60,815 bases of DNA, filler included, from Jimgerdemannia flammicorona (GCA_003990765.1; 3 parts of 3 records of this genome joined end to end with filler, not necessarily neighbours in it), one strand, 5' to 3'. Shown: positions 12,925-25,800, counted from the whole stretch's first letter. A program made the numbers and translations. The notes: generated from the sequence alone by a model not told the origin.

Positions 12925-15900
12925 ATGAATAGTACAACCAACATTTTGTCTTTGAATGTGAATGGGTTATGGGGTACTTATCAACATAAGAACATTTTTA
13001 CTTGGCTAAAGAGATTGGAGGCTGATCTCTTCCTCTTGCAGGATATCAGGTGTGAGGATGACTTGGATAGACTGGAATGGATGAAGGAGTGGGGAGGTGA
13101 GGCAGTTTGGAAGGGCAAGGTTGGAATTCTAGTGTGGAAGGGCAGAGGGGAGATACAGGATGTGCAGAGCTGGGGAGATAGATTGGTCTGGGGAGAGTGA
13201 ATACATGCAGGTTGGGAGCCAGTCATGGTGGGCTCCTGTTACTGCCCTGCAGTACAGGGCGAGTGGGTGAACTGGGTGATGGGCCTACAGGAGAGTGTGA
13301 TTCTTGCAGAGGTTGGGGTAGATGTACTGGGTGGGGACTTCAATATGGTCCGAGATATATTGAGGGATAGAACTAATGGAGGATGAGGTGCTGTGGGGCA
13401 GAGTGGAGGACTGGCAGCATGGGAGGAAGTGGAAAGACTTAGTGCTCTAGTAGATGCGGATAGGGAATGTTGGGGGAATAGGAAGGTGTACACACACTGG
13501 GCTGGGGGCCTGGGGACAAGGATTGATTGGATTCTGACAGCCAGCTACTGGGGCCTGGATGTTTGGAAGTCGCTGGAGGTGGAATGGTGTCCTTGGTCAG
13601 ATCATTGGGGGCTTTTGGGGCAGGGACATTTTGGGGGGAGTGGGGATGGGCCTGGACATTGGCATCTCAATTCCTCTCTACTAGATGATAAGATTCAGTG
13701 GGGTAAATGGGCTGAAGTCATTCAAATACAGGTGGAGTGCTGGAGGCAGGAAGGTGTCACAGTCGATATTTGGTAGATGAGGATGAAGGAGATGGCCAGG
13801 GCCTTCTGGAGTGAGGCTGGTATGGAGGAGGGGAGACAGAGGAGGCAGCGGGTGTGGTGGGCATCTCATAGACTATCTAGACTCTTAGAGGACTGGGCAA
13901 GACTGGCAACATTGGAGGGAGAGGAGGACTGGCATTCGATAAGGTTACAAATGGAGGTGGTTGAACTATAACAGGTGCTGCAGAATGAGGAGGAGGCTAG
14001 GGTCTAGGGTCTGGCAGCACGGCTTCGTTGGCAGGGGCTAGAGGAAGGAGAGCAGTCCTCGAAGTTCCTTACAAGGGCCCTTTAGGCGAGAAGAATGCAG
14101 CAAAGGTGGGAAGGGGTGCTTAATGCTGATGGGTCATTGGTGCATGGGGTACAAGACATTCTTGGCTCGTTAAAGGAGCATTGGAGTGGATTGTGGAGTG
14201 AGGAGGAGGGTGGGGCAGGTGCTGAGGACATTGATTGAGCCTTGGAGGATTGGTACCCTACCTGAGCAGCTGGGTTAGATGACTTGGTACTGCCAGTGCT
14301 AGAGGAGGAGATCCACTAGGTTCTTGTCATGACAACCTTGGGTACAGCACCTGGAGAGGATGGTCTGCCCTGGGACTTCTGGAAAAGGATGGTGAGAGTC
14401 CCTGGAATAGTGGGAGAGATGAGGGCACTGTATAATTGGATTCTACAGATTTATAAGAACAAAGGAAGCCAAGAGGACTGGAAGAACTGGAGGCTGATTA
14501 TGCTACTGGATATGGACAGAAAGTTGGTTACCAAAGTGGTGGTCGCAAGATTGCAAAAGGTACCCCCAGCAAGTCTTGGGTGAGGAGCAGTGGGGCTTTG
14601 TTGGAGGCCGGCTCATCAGAGATGGTACAGCATGGGTACATGGTATTATTGAAGGGGCGCGAGCCAGTGGACTGGATGGGCGTCTGGTCTTTTTGGACCA
14701 GGAGAAGACCTATAACTGAGTGTGACTGGTCTGGTTAGTAAAAGTTTTGGATAGGATTGGGGTCCCGCAACAGTTCAGGACTGCTATTGTCAGTCTACTG
14801 GAAGGAAGTAGGACAGCACTCATGTGTAATGGACATAGAGGGGTAGCATTTTCCCTGGGTAGGGGGGTGCCCCAGGGGGACCCACTGTCCCCCATTTTGT
14901 ATGCTTTGTCTCTGGAGCCCTTCATGGACAGAATAAGGTGGAAGATAGTAGGGCTCTCTATCTTTGGCATTGGGTGGAAAGTAGGGGCATTTGCAGATAA
15001 TATGGTGGTCAGTCTGGGATCAGTTGCAGATGTTGAGGAGCTCAAAGAGACAGTGGAGTGGTATGAGGCGAACTCTAGGGCTAGGCTTAATTGGTATAAG
15101 TGTGAAACAATGGTGTTAGGCAATAGTCTAGTAGGCGGAGAGATTATTGGTATGATTGTCCCTGCTGGTGAGGTAGTTTGGTACTTGGGTATCTATCTGT
15201 CAGTATATGGATTGGTTCTGCCCAGATTTTGGTGGGAGCAGCAGGTTGGCATTTGGGAGGAGGCCCTGAGAAGTTGGGGGGACCATCAATTGTCTCTGGC
15301 AGGCCGTGTTTCAATTCTGAATGTCTATTGGCTACCAAAGGTGTGGTATCTGGCATACCATCTGGACTTCTCAGCTTGGGTGGTGAAGTGATTGATGAAG
15401 CTGGCCAAGGGGTGGATCTGGGCTGAAAGGCAGAGTTAGATCAACTGGAAGGTCTTGTCCTTACCAGTGGCAAGTGGGGGACTTGGGCTGGTTGACTTTC
15501 CTAAGAGGCTGTACTGCTTGAGAGCTTGGTGGTTGAAGAGAGCAGTGGAGTTGAGAGGGGGTGGTTGGATTCCCCTACTGCAGAAAGTCTGGGAGATGAG
15601 GTCCTCTCCGAGAGGTTTGACAGGTGATCTCCTAGCACTTGTGGGCCTTCAGAACTTTGGGCAATTATGGTACAAAGGCTTCTGGTGGGGAGTGGCAGAG
15701 GGAGCACACTGCATTGGGATTAGGTGGCAGGGAAATGAAGGAGAGGAGACTTGGGACTGGGCAATGTGGAGATGGGACTGAGTGTTACTAGGTGGTGTTC
15801 CCTTACTTGAGTTTGACATTGGTGATGGGATCGAATGCTAACAGGGACCAGGCCAGGATCTGTGGCCTAGTAGTTGGCAGGGTGTAGGAATTGGTGAGGA

Positions 15901-16537
15901 GTGGAACTGGTATAGCATATGAGCCTGGAGTGCCAAGGTGAGGAGGTAGTTGCCACTGAAGTACTGGGTGGTCTGGTGGCATGTGCTGAGGCAAAATGTC
16001 ATGCTCAACTTCTGCTCTGGTCACCTTATCAAGGGGGGCTGCTTCAACTGTGAAGAGTGTTATAATGTAGGGCAGGATGGGGGATATATACAGATGCCTG
16101 AACATTGGCTAGGAGAGTGTGAGGTGCTTAGTTCCTTTTGGCAGAACATTGGGGATCATCTGGGAGTAGTGCGCAGGAGAGCTGATGTACAGGGGTGATG
16201 GGAGGACTTAAGGGGTAGACTGGAGGGGGGGGTGGAGAAGGAATGGCTGACATTAGGGTGGACTTTGGCCATTTGGGTGGGGCTGGCCAGTCACTGGCTA
16301 TTTGTATTTGAGGATGGGAGGAAACTTGGCTCCGAGGTCAGACTGATGAGGTGGCATAGCCTTATGGAAGACACCTTGACAGGCTGGTGGCTGAGTTGGA
16401 GGCTGAAAGGGGGTTGAAGGCATCATTTGGTAGAACAAATCTGTAGGCAGAGTGGGGGGAGGGTTGGGGTTGTGGGTGTGAAAGTGGTTTTTGTTCATGT
16501 GAATAGGCAGAGTGGTACTCCTATAGGGATCAGGTAG
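12925..16537 (+). pseudogene. LINE ORF2 (APE endonuclease plus RT), degraded
   Basis: ILSLNVNGL, GGDFN, TRIDWIL, WSDH (APE); PGEDGLP, NWRLIMLL, FLDQEK, GVPQGDPLSP, FADN (RT); GGLGLVD downstream. Confidence 0.92.
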
Positions 16538-16688
16538 TGAGAGGGTAAACTGTAAAATTATTAATAGATGGAAATAAATTGCAGAGTCCAAGTGACTATA
16601 AAAAAAAAGAGGTTATGGGATCAGCAAATTTTTCAGGACTAGACCAATGAATAAGGATACTCAAGAAGATCCTTATTCAGGAGAAAGA

Positions 16689-18222
16689 TATAATGGTGCT
16701 TTCAGAATGATGACATCAGCACAGGAGACAGTCTTTCCTTGCAAGCCACCACATTAGAGTACAAGAAGATCATACAGCATATAAGATGAGTAACAGTGAC
16801 CAACTGTGAGTTATTGTGACCACAGTACAAGCATCCTGAAGAATATAAAAGAAGGATCAAGGAACTATAGTAGCAGCAACCAACAAGAACCACCAATCCC
16901 AAAATAGCTCAAAGACTTACCATAAATAAAATGCCTGCTGCCTGCCAAACCTCAAAGTCAAGGAATTTCCAAGGTATCTCAGTCAAGGAAAGAATATTCC
17001 AAGACATCAGAAGAGCCATGAGGACTCACTCAAGAAGGACTTCTAGTGGCAATCTGGATACTGCAGATCCCTATCACTTTATCCTCTACTGTCATGAAAT
17101 GGAAACAAGGATCACCATTGCTACTGAATGCCTCCAAATGTAGCAGGAGTACGAAATAGGAAACCTCCTCTGCTGGGAGTTCCTACAGGCCAGCACTCAA
17201 GAGCCACAAGATGCCACTCCTATGGATATATGTGAAACAAGGATAGCTAAGAAGATCCATCAGATCTTCAGACATGCACCATGGTTGATCCCCAACTTGG
17301 AGTATGTTAGAGTCTCAGATTTCAGAGATCTGTCATTCTGCCATATCAATGTACTAGAAGCCAGGATGACTACAGAAGCCCAGTCCACTATCACCCTCAA
17401 TAGTAATGAAGTAGAAGACTTCTGGCACCCCATCCTCCAGGACAACCCAGACCAATTCCTACAAGGGTTGATCTCAGTATTTCAAGGCCCAAGTATCCGG
17501 ATTAAACCTCCCCAAGACCCCACATTTGTTCCCTATTTTGTAGAAGAGAACCTCATAGACTGGAGAGCTCCAGATCTCCTTGTTCCCACCACCACTGAAT
17601 GTGATGACATCATCAGTGATGACATCATTCCATGCAACATCAAAGTATGCGAAAATGATGAATTCGTGGACCTCATCTCCTTCGAAGATATCCTGACCTC
17701 TGATGATGAGAATGAAGCCCCCATGGTCCTGAACATTCTACTCTAAATCCCTTGTTATACTGGATAATACCAGCACTGGCATTTTGAGGTGACACAGAAT
17801 TGTTTCAGTATCGGCATTTTGATATAACACTAAATTATACCAGCACTGGCATTCTGATGTGACACCAAATTATACCAGCATCCTGAACCTGTATAACCAT
17901 CAGTACTAACCCTAGAACTTAGTAGTTTTAGTTATTGGAATTATATTTAGCTTTATATCTTAGTAACCATTGAATTATATTTTATATAAATACCCCTCTT
18001 ATTTCCTCTGAAATAAAGTCAGTTCTGGTTTCACTTACACACACTTCCTTGCAAGCAATCTAAGAGATAACAAGACAGTTAAAGATAAGAAGTTTGAGGA
18101 CTATAAGACCTTGAGAAGGCACTCCAATAAGAACTTGCTTATAACAATCTTGAGTTAGTCTAAGAGAGATACCTTAAAGAGAATCTGGTGTATTTGAAAG
18201 ACTCAGTAACCACTATATGACA
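16689..18222 (+). repeat. 3' LTR of Gypsy A (1534 bp)
   Basis: Direct repeat of 1601-3088 with one extra ~35-bp repeat unit and without the 14-nt deletion. Confidence 0.95.
16931..17746 (+). pseudogene. LTR-encoded accessory ORF (family A, 3' copy), 271 codons with a single TGG>TAG stop at 17141
   Basis: ORFs 16931-17143 and 17222-17746 are in one frame; the 5' copy has TGG at the stop position. Confidence 0.85.
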
Positions 18223-18520
18223 ATAGATATAAAGATGACTTTTCTCAATGGTAATATGGATACAGAGCTATCATTTATCAGATATAAATATGTGAGCAGA
18301 ATGATGACCTTATATATAAACTATGTATATAAAGAATAATACAGCATCAAGCAAGCAGTCTATTTGTGGAATAAAATATCAATAAATATCTCTTTAATAA
18401 TAGCTTTATATGCTGTAAAGCAGATAATTGCATATATATTCATACTATGTCAATAGAGTGATATTTATAGATATATGGGTGAATGACATAATCATTATTG
18501 TAATGAAAAGCAAGCTTAAT
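18223..18520 (+). mobile_element. Ty1/Copia RT remnant, right part
   Basis: Removing Gypsy A and one ATAG gives the contiguous frame H-N-L-E-I-H-*-I-D-I-K-M-T-F-L-N-G-N-M-D-T-E-L (Copia IHQMDVKTAFLNG); later IKQAVYLWN and IWVNDIII (YVDD region). Confidence 0.85.
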
Positions 18521-19066
18521 AGGGCACAGTGGCATCTTCAGTTCCCCTCCCTTTTCCAGGTAAATGAACTACCGACGACAGGCTGAATTTGATAAGGTTC
18601 TTTCCAAGGAGAACCGACCGAAGATCGGAGGTAGTTTTTTGGTGTGTATCCTTATGTTAACGACATGCATTTGTAGGGAAATGTCTACTGTAACTGATGT
18701 CATTAATGGATGTACATTGCGGGGCTGTCGTGAAAAGATATAGGGTTGTTAATCACAACCAAACGAAGTCAGAACATATCGAATAGGAGGGTATGATGGC
18801 GAAGGGGAAACGGTTAGAGGTTACAAAGGAGAGGGTGTAGTCGATTATTTTTGAAATCGGATTATTTTTAATTAGAATAAAGGCCCCCCCCCCCAAACCA
18901 ACCTACCAACTGATGTCCCTAACCCAATATCCCAGATACAACTGATAGGTTGGGTGGTTGCAACCTGTCCTGTTGAAAAGGTTGAAAACATCTATCGTAA
19001 TTATTTTATTTAGCGTAATGGGTAATATTTCGATTTACAAGTCAGGAAAACGTAATCGATAAGACT

Positions 19067-19843
19067 CTATAGTTTACTGGGCACGGCTTGAATCCATAAA
19101 CGACCTTTTGCACCTACAATCCCATCTTGCCTCTTCAGCACAAAATTATAAACCGCATTCGTCACATCATACCAAACCCACACACATACTTCCTCCTGAC
19201 TCTTAACCTCCCTTTCGAAAAGAAACTCTGCACAAGCAACATCACTATCATCATGTCGAAACACGCCAGCGAGCCTTCCACGAGTGATGGCATCATGCCA
19301 GTAGTCCATGTACCGCGAATGTGTCATGTGTCCGAGCGCATCGCAATCAGTGTAGCGAACACGTTGCATATAGCGGAACGCGGTCTCGGGGATTGCAGCG
19401 GACATCAGCGGTCGTGCATCGGTTCGGCTTGTGAAAGACGGAAGCACACGGACGGATTCCGGAGTGCGAACGGGTCTGATTTCCCCAATTCCGGCGATAA
19501 AGACGACGATGGTCGTGGCGGTCGCCAGCGGGATCTTCTTACGTTCGCCTTTGTTCAGATCCTCTTCGAGGATGACCTGCTGTTCGAAGGTTAAACTGGT
19601 TCTCCCGAGCTTTGTGATGCGTGTCTCAATCGTGTATGCGATTGTCGCCGTGGGCACCCATATGGTATGGAGTTGTAGTTCAACGGCGCGGATGACCCAC
19701 AGCAGCAATAGATTGTTGGGGACGGGGAACCGGATGAAGTAGCGATCACGGGCGTGGCTGAGGAGTGAAAGTAGGGATTGATGGTACGAGGCTGCGGTTG
19801 ATATTTCAATCCATCTGAACGCGGAACGAAAGGTGTATGACAT
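19067..19843 (-). CDS. Double hot-dog acyl-CoA thioesterase (4HBT-like) with C-terminal PTS1 (SKL)
   Basis: Intact 258-aa ORF with CpG retained; ETRITKLGRTSLTFEQ and RVRYTDCDALGHMTHSRY thioesterase motifs; ends AVPSKL*. Confidence 0.85.
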   Translation of the reverse strand: MSYTFRSAFRWIEISTAASYHQSLLSLLSHARDRYFIRFPVPNNLLLLWVIRAVELQLHTIWVPTATIAYTIETRITKLGRTSLTFEQQVILEEDLNKGERKKIPLATATTIVVFIAGIGEIRPVRTPESVRVLPSFTSRTDARPLMSAAIPETAFRYMQRVRYTDCDALGHMTHSRYMDYWHDAITRGRLAGVFRHDDSDVACAEFLFEREVKSQEEVCVWVWYDVTNAVYNFVLKRQDGIVGAKGRLWIQAVPSKL

Positions 19844-20212
19844 TTAGGAAGTGGCGTCGTTTGGATAAACAACCTTCGGCTTGGCTGTTATAGGTATTCA
19901 CGTGATGAGAGACGTATCCTGTCCCACGTGACTTGTTAAATATCACATAATATTTCTGGGCGCTAGGATGTAAATTGAGATTAAAACCAATATTATTAAA
20001 ATTTATTCTGAAATATAATTACATGCTAAATTTTTTTAATATAGTAGTATTATTATTATTTTTAAAAAAAATACCTAATTTAATTTAAAAATCAATTTTA
20101 AATTTAATAATATTTATTAATCAATACAAAAAATTTCCATTTTATTTAGCATTTGAAATTTTGAATTAATTTATCTTAATTCACTACTTTTTTTTTTTTC
20201 TTTTAAAAAAAA

Positions 20213-20312
20213 NNNNNNNNNNNNNNNNNNNNNNNNNNNNNNNNNNNNNNNNNNNNTTAATTAATTAANNNNNNNNNNNNNNNNNNNNNNNNNNNNNNNN
20301 NNNNNNNNNNNN
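20213..20312. other. Assembly gap with artificial TTAATTAATTAA spacer
   Basis: 44 N + TTAATTAATTAA + 44 N. Confidence 0.98.
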
Positions 20313-20797
20313 AAAATCAACCAAGCCCTCCAGATTACCTCATTTATCTATGATAAATATTGAAAGAGATATCTAATAAGTAAGGAAATCAAACAGTGGA
20401 ATGAGGAATTTGTCAAGTAAAGATACTGTGATTGTGGAAAGATCTTTATTTATTACTAGTACAAGTATCAAAAGTGTCTATCTCAGTTATAATATCTATA
20501 AGAGCTGAGTCAAGAGAAAGATATTATTTTACAAGAATCTCAAATTTACTGGACTTGTCAAAAATATAAAAAAATCAACTATGAAAGAGACTACAAAGCC
20601 AAGAACAAGACATCTGAGATCTATAATTAGAAATTCTTGCCATCATTTATTAATATTGCTGGCCACACTAGGGCAAATAAGGAGTTAACCTCACCTTCAC
20701 CTTGATGAAAGCCTTAGATCTACTTGGAAGAACTGGATTCAACTATATAAGAAACCCAAAGATGGATGTATATTGGCCATTCTTTAAGCCAGAATAT
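20313..20797 (+). mobile_element. Gypsy D, left fragment (pol region upstream of dUTPase), interrupted by element C
   Basis: Shares TSD ATAT with 31179-31182, and the sequence resumes into a dUTPase at ~31250. Confidence 0.6.
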
Positions 20798-22254
20798 TGT
20801 AACAAACCAAAACATACAATCTGAATTATGACTTAGCCAGATGATGTGAACAATTAGTATACTTAACCAGATGATGTGGGCTTACAGCATAACATGACTT
20901 CTAGTATATCATAGTTACTCATACCTATCACACTTATAATTAGTCAGACATATCAGAAAGGATCTGTTTAACCATACAGACTCTGTATACTATACAGGTC
21001 TTGTACACTATACAGACTCTGTATACCTGCCATAAGTAGTAAACCTATTGTTAGCTACATAGTAACCAGATGGTAACCACAATATATAAATTACCCCAGA
21101 GACAAGAGTGAATAAACCTCAGTCTAAATTGAAGTGCAAACCAAAGAAGCCTCTAAAGATTGAGCATTGGTCTCCTTATTTCCACTCTAGTCTACTTTCT
21201 GATACAAAGCTTGAAGATTTTGCCACCAAGTTCAAGTGAAGAACTTTGCCACCTTTGGAATTATTGGAATGCTTGCCTGACTAAGCCTGAAGAACCCACT
21301 GCTTAAGAAATAAGCTGTGCTATTGGTATACTTGCCAGACTAAGCCTGAAGAATCTACCACTTAAGGAATAAGCCATGCTATTGGTATGCCTACCAGACT
21401 AAGTCTGAAGAATCTGAGTTTGCTGCTAAAAGTTCTAAGAAGAACTTCACTGTCATTTTCAAGAAGTCCACTGATTCCAGAGAATACATGTCATCTGCCG
21501 TTTTTAAGTTATTTGTCACATCCCCAGAAAGCTGCCTTGCTCAAGCCAGTTTTTGATGCAACTTTGCAGTGATCCATTCACACAAACAAAGTCAGTCTTT
21601 GACACAACTTTGCCGAGAGACCCTTTTCAAGAAAGCTGCTAGTACATTTCCCAGCCACCAATTCAGAAAGAATCCACACCATAGTATTCCCAGTTGAAGC
21701 TGCTGATTCAGAAGAATCTGCACCACCCAAATATTATTCCCAGAAGAGCCTGATTCACAATATCCAAGTTGTTTGTTCCCAGTGAGCCTGGTATAGAAGA
21801 ACTCACCACCAGTATAATTTCCAGTAAGAAGAATCCATGACATTCAGGAATCTGGCTGATTTAGGAGAATCTGTACCAAATTGAGTTATCCGCCAGATTG
21901 CCAGATCACACTGCATAAGGAATCTGCTCATACTACACAGAGATCATCATGCAGAAATCACATACTTTTGGAGATCATTGTACTATACATGAAATTCTAC
22001 CAATTCCCAGATTAACCCAAAAAGGAAACCCATTTACACAAATTACCACTACACCCAGAGAACCATCCCAATCAGGAAATCGACATACAAATCGCTCACA
22101 GACATCCAGTTTTGACTATTATACCACTAAACACCAAGGACCTCAGGAATCTTAGAACATTTTGTTACTTTTTGACAAAGTAACAGGAGGCTCAAGCCAA
22201 ACTACATTAACCCCCAATCTTGTAATTTGCCTCCATTGAGCCAGGCATGTTATA
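20798..22254 (+). repeat. 5' LTR of Gypsy C (1457 bp)
   Basis: TGTAAC...GTTATA; colinear with 29817-31178; contains ~3 copies of a ~59-bp unit (21262-21415) versus 1 in the 3' LTR. Confidence 0.95.
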
Positions 22255-22256
22255 TT

Positions 22257-22273
22257 TGGGGGCTCAACTGGGA
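22257..22273 (+). promoter_or_regulatory. tRNA-Pro primer-binding site
   Basis: TGGGGGCTCAACTGGGA, 2 nt after the LTR, resembles the canonical Pro PBS TGGGGGCTCGTCCGGGA. Confidence 0.85.
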
Positions 22274-22812
22274 AGATTTCAAAATTGAGATGACTTTTCA
22301 GCTCATAAGAACCCACAGTCAAACTGGATACATTTGATATAACACAAATCTCTACCACTACAGGAGAACCAGTTATCACCAGTATCTGGACAGGAAGAGA
22401 AGTAATCACATCAAGACTTACCAACTACCCAACATCAGAAGGATCCCAACCAGAACCAGAAGGCAGTACAGCCCAAAATCTACAACCAGATCAACTAGAC
22501 AATACAGGCAGCCCTGTGGGAACCTTTTAAGAACTTGTACAAGAACTAGAAGATCTTACCACACAAGCCTGAGATCTTACAGCCAGATACCCCATACCAG
22601 TCCCATCAATCTCATCAATAGAACTCTTACCACAATCTCTTGTGGAATTGGAAGTAGCTCCTACAAGAATACCTCGGCTTATTTCACTTTGTCCAAGGAC
22701 CAGAACACCACCCTCAGGATACCCAAGCACCCCCATCTCCAGTGATAGCTCTGAAAGTGAATCAGAATCAGAATCAGAACCAGAACCAGAATTAGAAGAA
22801 AGTGATGATGAA

Positions 22813-25800
22813 ATGGCCACCTTATTGCCAACCTTTGCAGGATATCCAGAAGAAGACCCCAGAGAATTCCTTGAAGGAATTGAAGGAATTGCAGCCCTGA
22901 GGAATCTCTCTGATGAAAGAAAAATTGCCATCTACAAGGCTCAGCTCAGAGAATCAGCCAGAGGAATTTTCCATCAAACAGCAGACAACCCAGATTCAGA
23001 ACTAGCAAGACAGATATAAGCAGCAATGTCATATGAGCTAGAATATGTGGCCATGGTCCACTGGTTCATTGAAAAGTATGCAGAAAATGAAACCTGCTAC
23101 AAGGCTCAGAAATCCATCATGGGGATGAAGATGAATCTTGGAGAATCACCTAGAGCTTTCTTCACAAGAATCCAGAAGAGAATGCATGCTGCTGGGTTCA
23201 ATGCCACCAACCAGGACATTGTAGGTCCAATGATCTTCATGAATGGAAATCCCCCAAACATTGCCCAGCATGTCCACACCCTAGGCATCAGAAAGTCTGA
23301 AGAGCAAGTAGATGTAGCCCAAGGATTCTTTGATGTCAGACAAGGAACTACCTGGAGTAATTATGACAAGAAAGAAGATAAAGAAGACATCCTGGTCAAA
23401 GCCCCACAAGGACTCCTTCAAGGACAAGAAAGATCTGAAGAAAGAAGGCCAGCCAAGAAAGAAAAGAAGGACAGAAGTGAAATCCAAGACCTCAGCTCCA
23501 AGTTGGACCAATTGGTTGGACAGATTGAAAAACTCACTATATGCGAGAATCAGAGCCACCAAGACAACAAAAGATACCCACCACAGAGAAGCCAAGGTTA
23601 TCCACCAAGAGATAACTGGAATTACCTATAAGAGGAAAGAAGATACTCTGTCCGAGACAGAGCCCAAGTCCAATGCTTCCATTGAGGATAATTCAGACAC
23701 TATGCTACTAAATGTGACAATAAAAGAAGTGACTGAAGGGACTCAGAATCATCAAACCAAAGGAATGACACTCAGTACAAAAAGACTGAAACTCATCCTG
23801 TTGAAGATTTTAAGGAAGCAAGCAACAGTGAAGACTACAGTGATCTAGACTTATATCTTACCAAGGTTACTACTCAAAAAACAGTCTATCTAGCAGAGAA
23901 ATGAAAGAGACCTATAGGAAGGCCATCCGGGAGCATCAGCAGAAGAATCATCCAAGAAGAAGACAAAGAACATAAAGAGGAGCAGGTAGAAATACCTCCC
24001 CAAACCCCCTCACCTTTTGTTCCTGAGACAAATGAGTTGCTACCAGAGGATGAAGAAATGGAACAAGAGGAACTGGAACCTGCTGCTTCAAAGCCCAAGA
24101 AGAAGTACACCCTGAAGATCATACCTAGAGACATCTACAATGAAGCCTGGCAGAAGATTCAAGAGGCCAAGATGGAAGTCCCTCTCCTGCAGTTCCTGCA
24201 ACTAACACTAGCTGGAGTCTAAAACAAATTGCTGAGAACCACCAGGTCTAGCCCTGGCCAAGTTCCAATCCTACAGCAAGAACCAGTTCCCATCTCTGTC
24301 CAAGCGGCTGAAAGATATGTCAGTACCTACCTACATGGAGATATGGGAGGACAAAAGGTGAAGATCCTCACAGACACAGGAGCAGCTGTCTGTGTCATTG
24401 CCAAATAGTTCCTGGACACCCTCCACTGGCCCATTGATGGACCATCCAATCTCAGCATCATAGTAGCAGATGGAGCCCGAACCCAACCCCTTGGAGAAGT
24501 ATGAAATATCACCATCTCCCTTGGACACATTCAGTTCTCCATCCCAAAAGCTGTTGTCACTGAAGCTGTCACCTATGATATGATTCTTGGCACCAACTGG
24601 ATGAAGGAAATGAATGCAGTCATTGTATTGGGCAACAAGTGTTCAAGTTCGACTACCAAGGTAAGAAGTACAGAGTTAAGGTGACCAGTTATGAGCAATC
24701 AAAAAGGAAGAAGAAGGTCACTATTCAGGAGGAATATGCTGGCAGTGAAGAATCTACTATGGAAGAAGAGGAAGAATCTGAAGATAGAAATGATCCCAGA
24801 CTCAATCCCAGAATTAATCTGGTAGATGACAGACCAGAAGACAATGTGTGGGCAAAAAACACTATCCCCATTACCATTGAAGCCATTGCAGGAGAAATCA
24901 AAGGATGCTCTATATGCCTCAAGAGACACAAGTGTCCTGAGCATTCCTCCAAGATCATGGGAACAAGGAAATCGCCTGGCACAGCCTGCCCAGAGTGCAG
25001 AAAGAGGAAGAAGAAATGCAGACATATTCCAGAAACCCCTGCAACCAAAGCTGCCGAAGAACAAGCAATTTGGGGTCAAGAATCATCTGAGGAAGAAGAA
25101 ACTTCTGACCAAGAAGTTTCTGAACAAGAAGCACCTGAAGAAGAAGAGGTCCCTGAACTCATTCTCTGGGATGATCTTTGGTGGACACTACATGATGACA
25201 ATGACCCTTGGAATACAAAAGAAGGACCCAGTATAATTGCCATTATCCCCAAGAAAGAAACTCACCAAGAAAAGGCTTTTTGGCTAGGAAGATGTCTACA
25301 TCAAATGGTCTTCCACTCACTCTGAGACTACTGCTATCAGTGCTATCTACTAGACCAACAGAAGAGACAGAGACCCCAGAGACCAGAGCCTCCAAATACA
25401 ATTACACAGTCAACTACCTTCCAAGAAGTTACTACCAAGTTGCAAAGCTGATTCAGAGGACAAGGTCTTTTCATCTGAACAGAAGTATATCCCTTATCTA
25501 CTCTTTCACCAACTTATGACCAAGATGGGTACTGATTCCCTAGAAAATAAGAGATAAATAACCAAGAATATCATTTTCAAGCAATGGAATATTGCAATCA
25601 TGGGAGACATCCTGACTGCCAAGACTGCAGACATCAGAAGATTCACCTCAGTCATGATGTTGCAATCCATACTTTGAAGAGAGGAGATAATAGAAGCCAG
25701 ATCTGAAAATGCCAGACCAAGAAGTCAGAAAGAAGAATCCTTAAGATCTACAATTTAGGAGAAGATATCCTAGCTCTCATCAGACATGCAACCTGCCAAG

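Larger units (their letters stand above)
10778..16608 (+). mobile_element. Full-length L1/Tx1-like non-LTR retrotransposon inserted 3' of Gypsy A pol
   Basis: TSD (A)GAGGTTATGGGATCA at 10762-10777 and 16608-16623; AATAAA and poly(A) at 16573-16608; two ORFs. Confidence 0.95.
1601..18222 (+). mobile_element. Full-length Ty3/Gypsy LTR retrotransposon (family A, dUTPase-bearing), inactivated, with nested solo LTR and LINE
   Basis: Paired LTRs 1601-3088 and 16689-18222 (TG/TA...CA), 4-bp TSD ATAG (1597-1600 and 18223-18226), PBS at 3092, PPT AGGAGAAAGA at 16679-16688, order gag-PR-dUT-RT-RH-INT. Confidence 0.95.

Noticed and set aside
20257..20268. TTAATTAATTAA palindrome (also 40560-40571)
   Set aside because: Centred in identical N runs; an assembly spacer. 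Adjacency across the gaps is not guaranteed.
21160..22160. Short ORFs and repeated GAAGAATC words in family C LTRs
   Set aside because: Frames do not agree between the two LTRs and I found no Y-x-IG motif; coding not supported.
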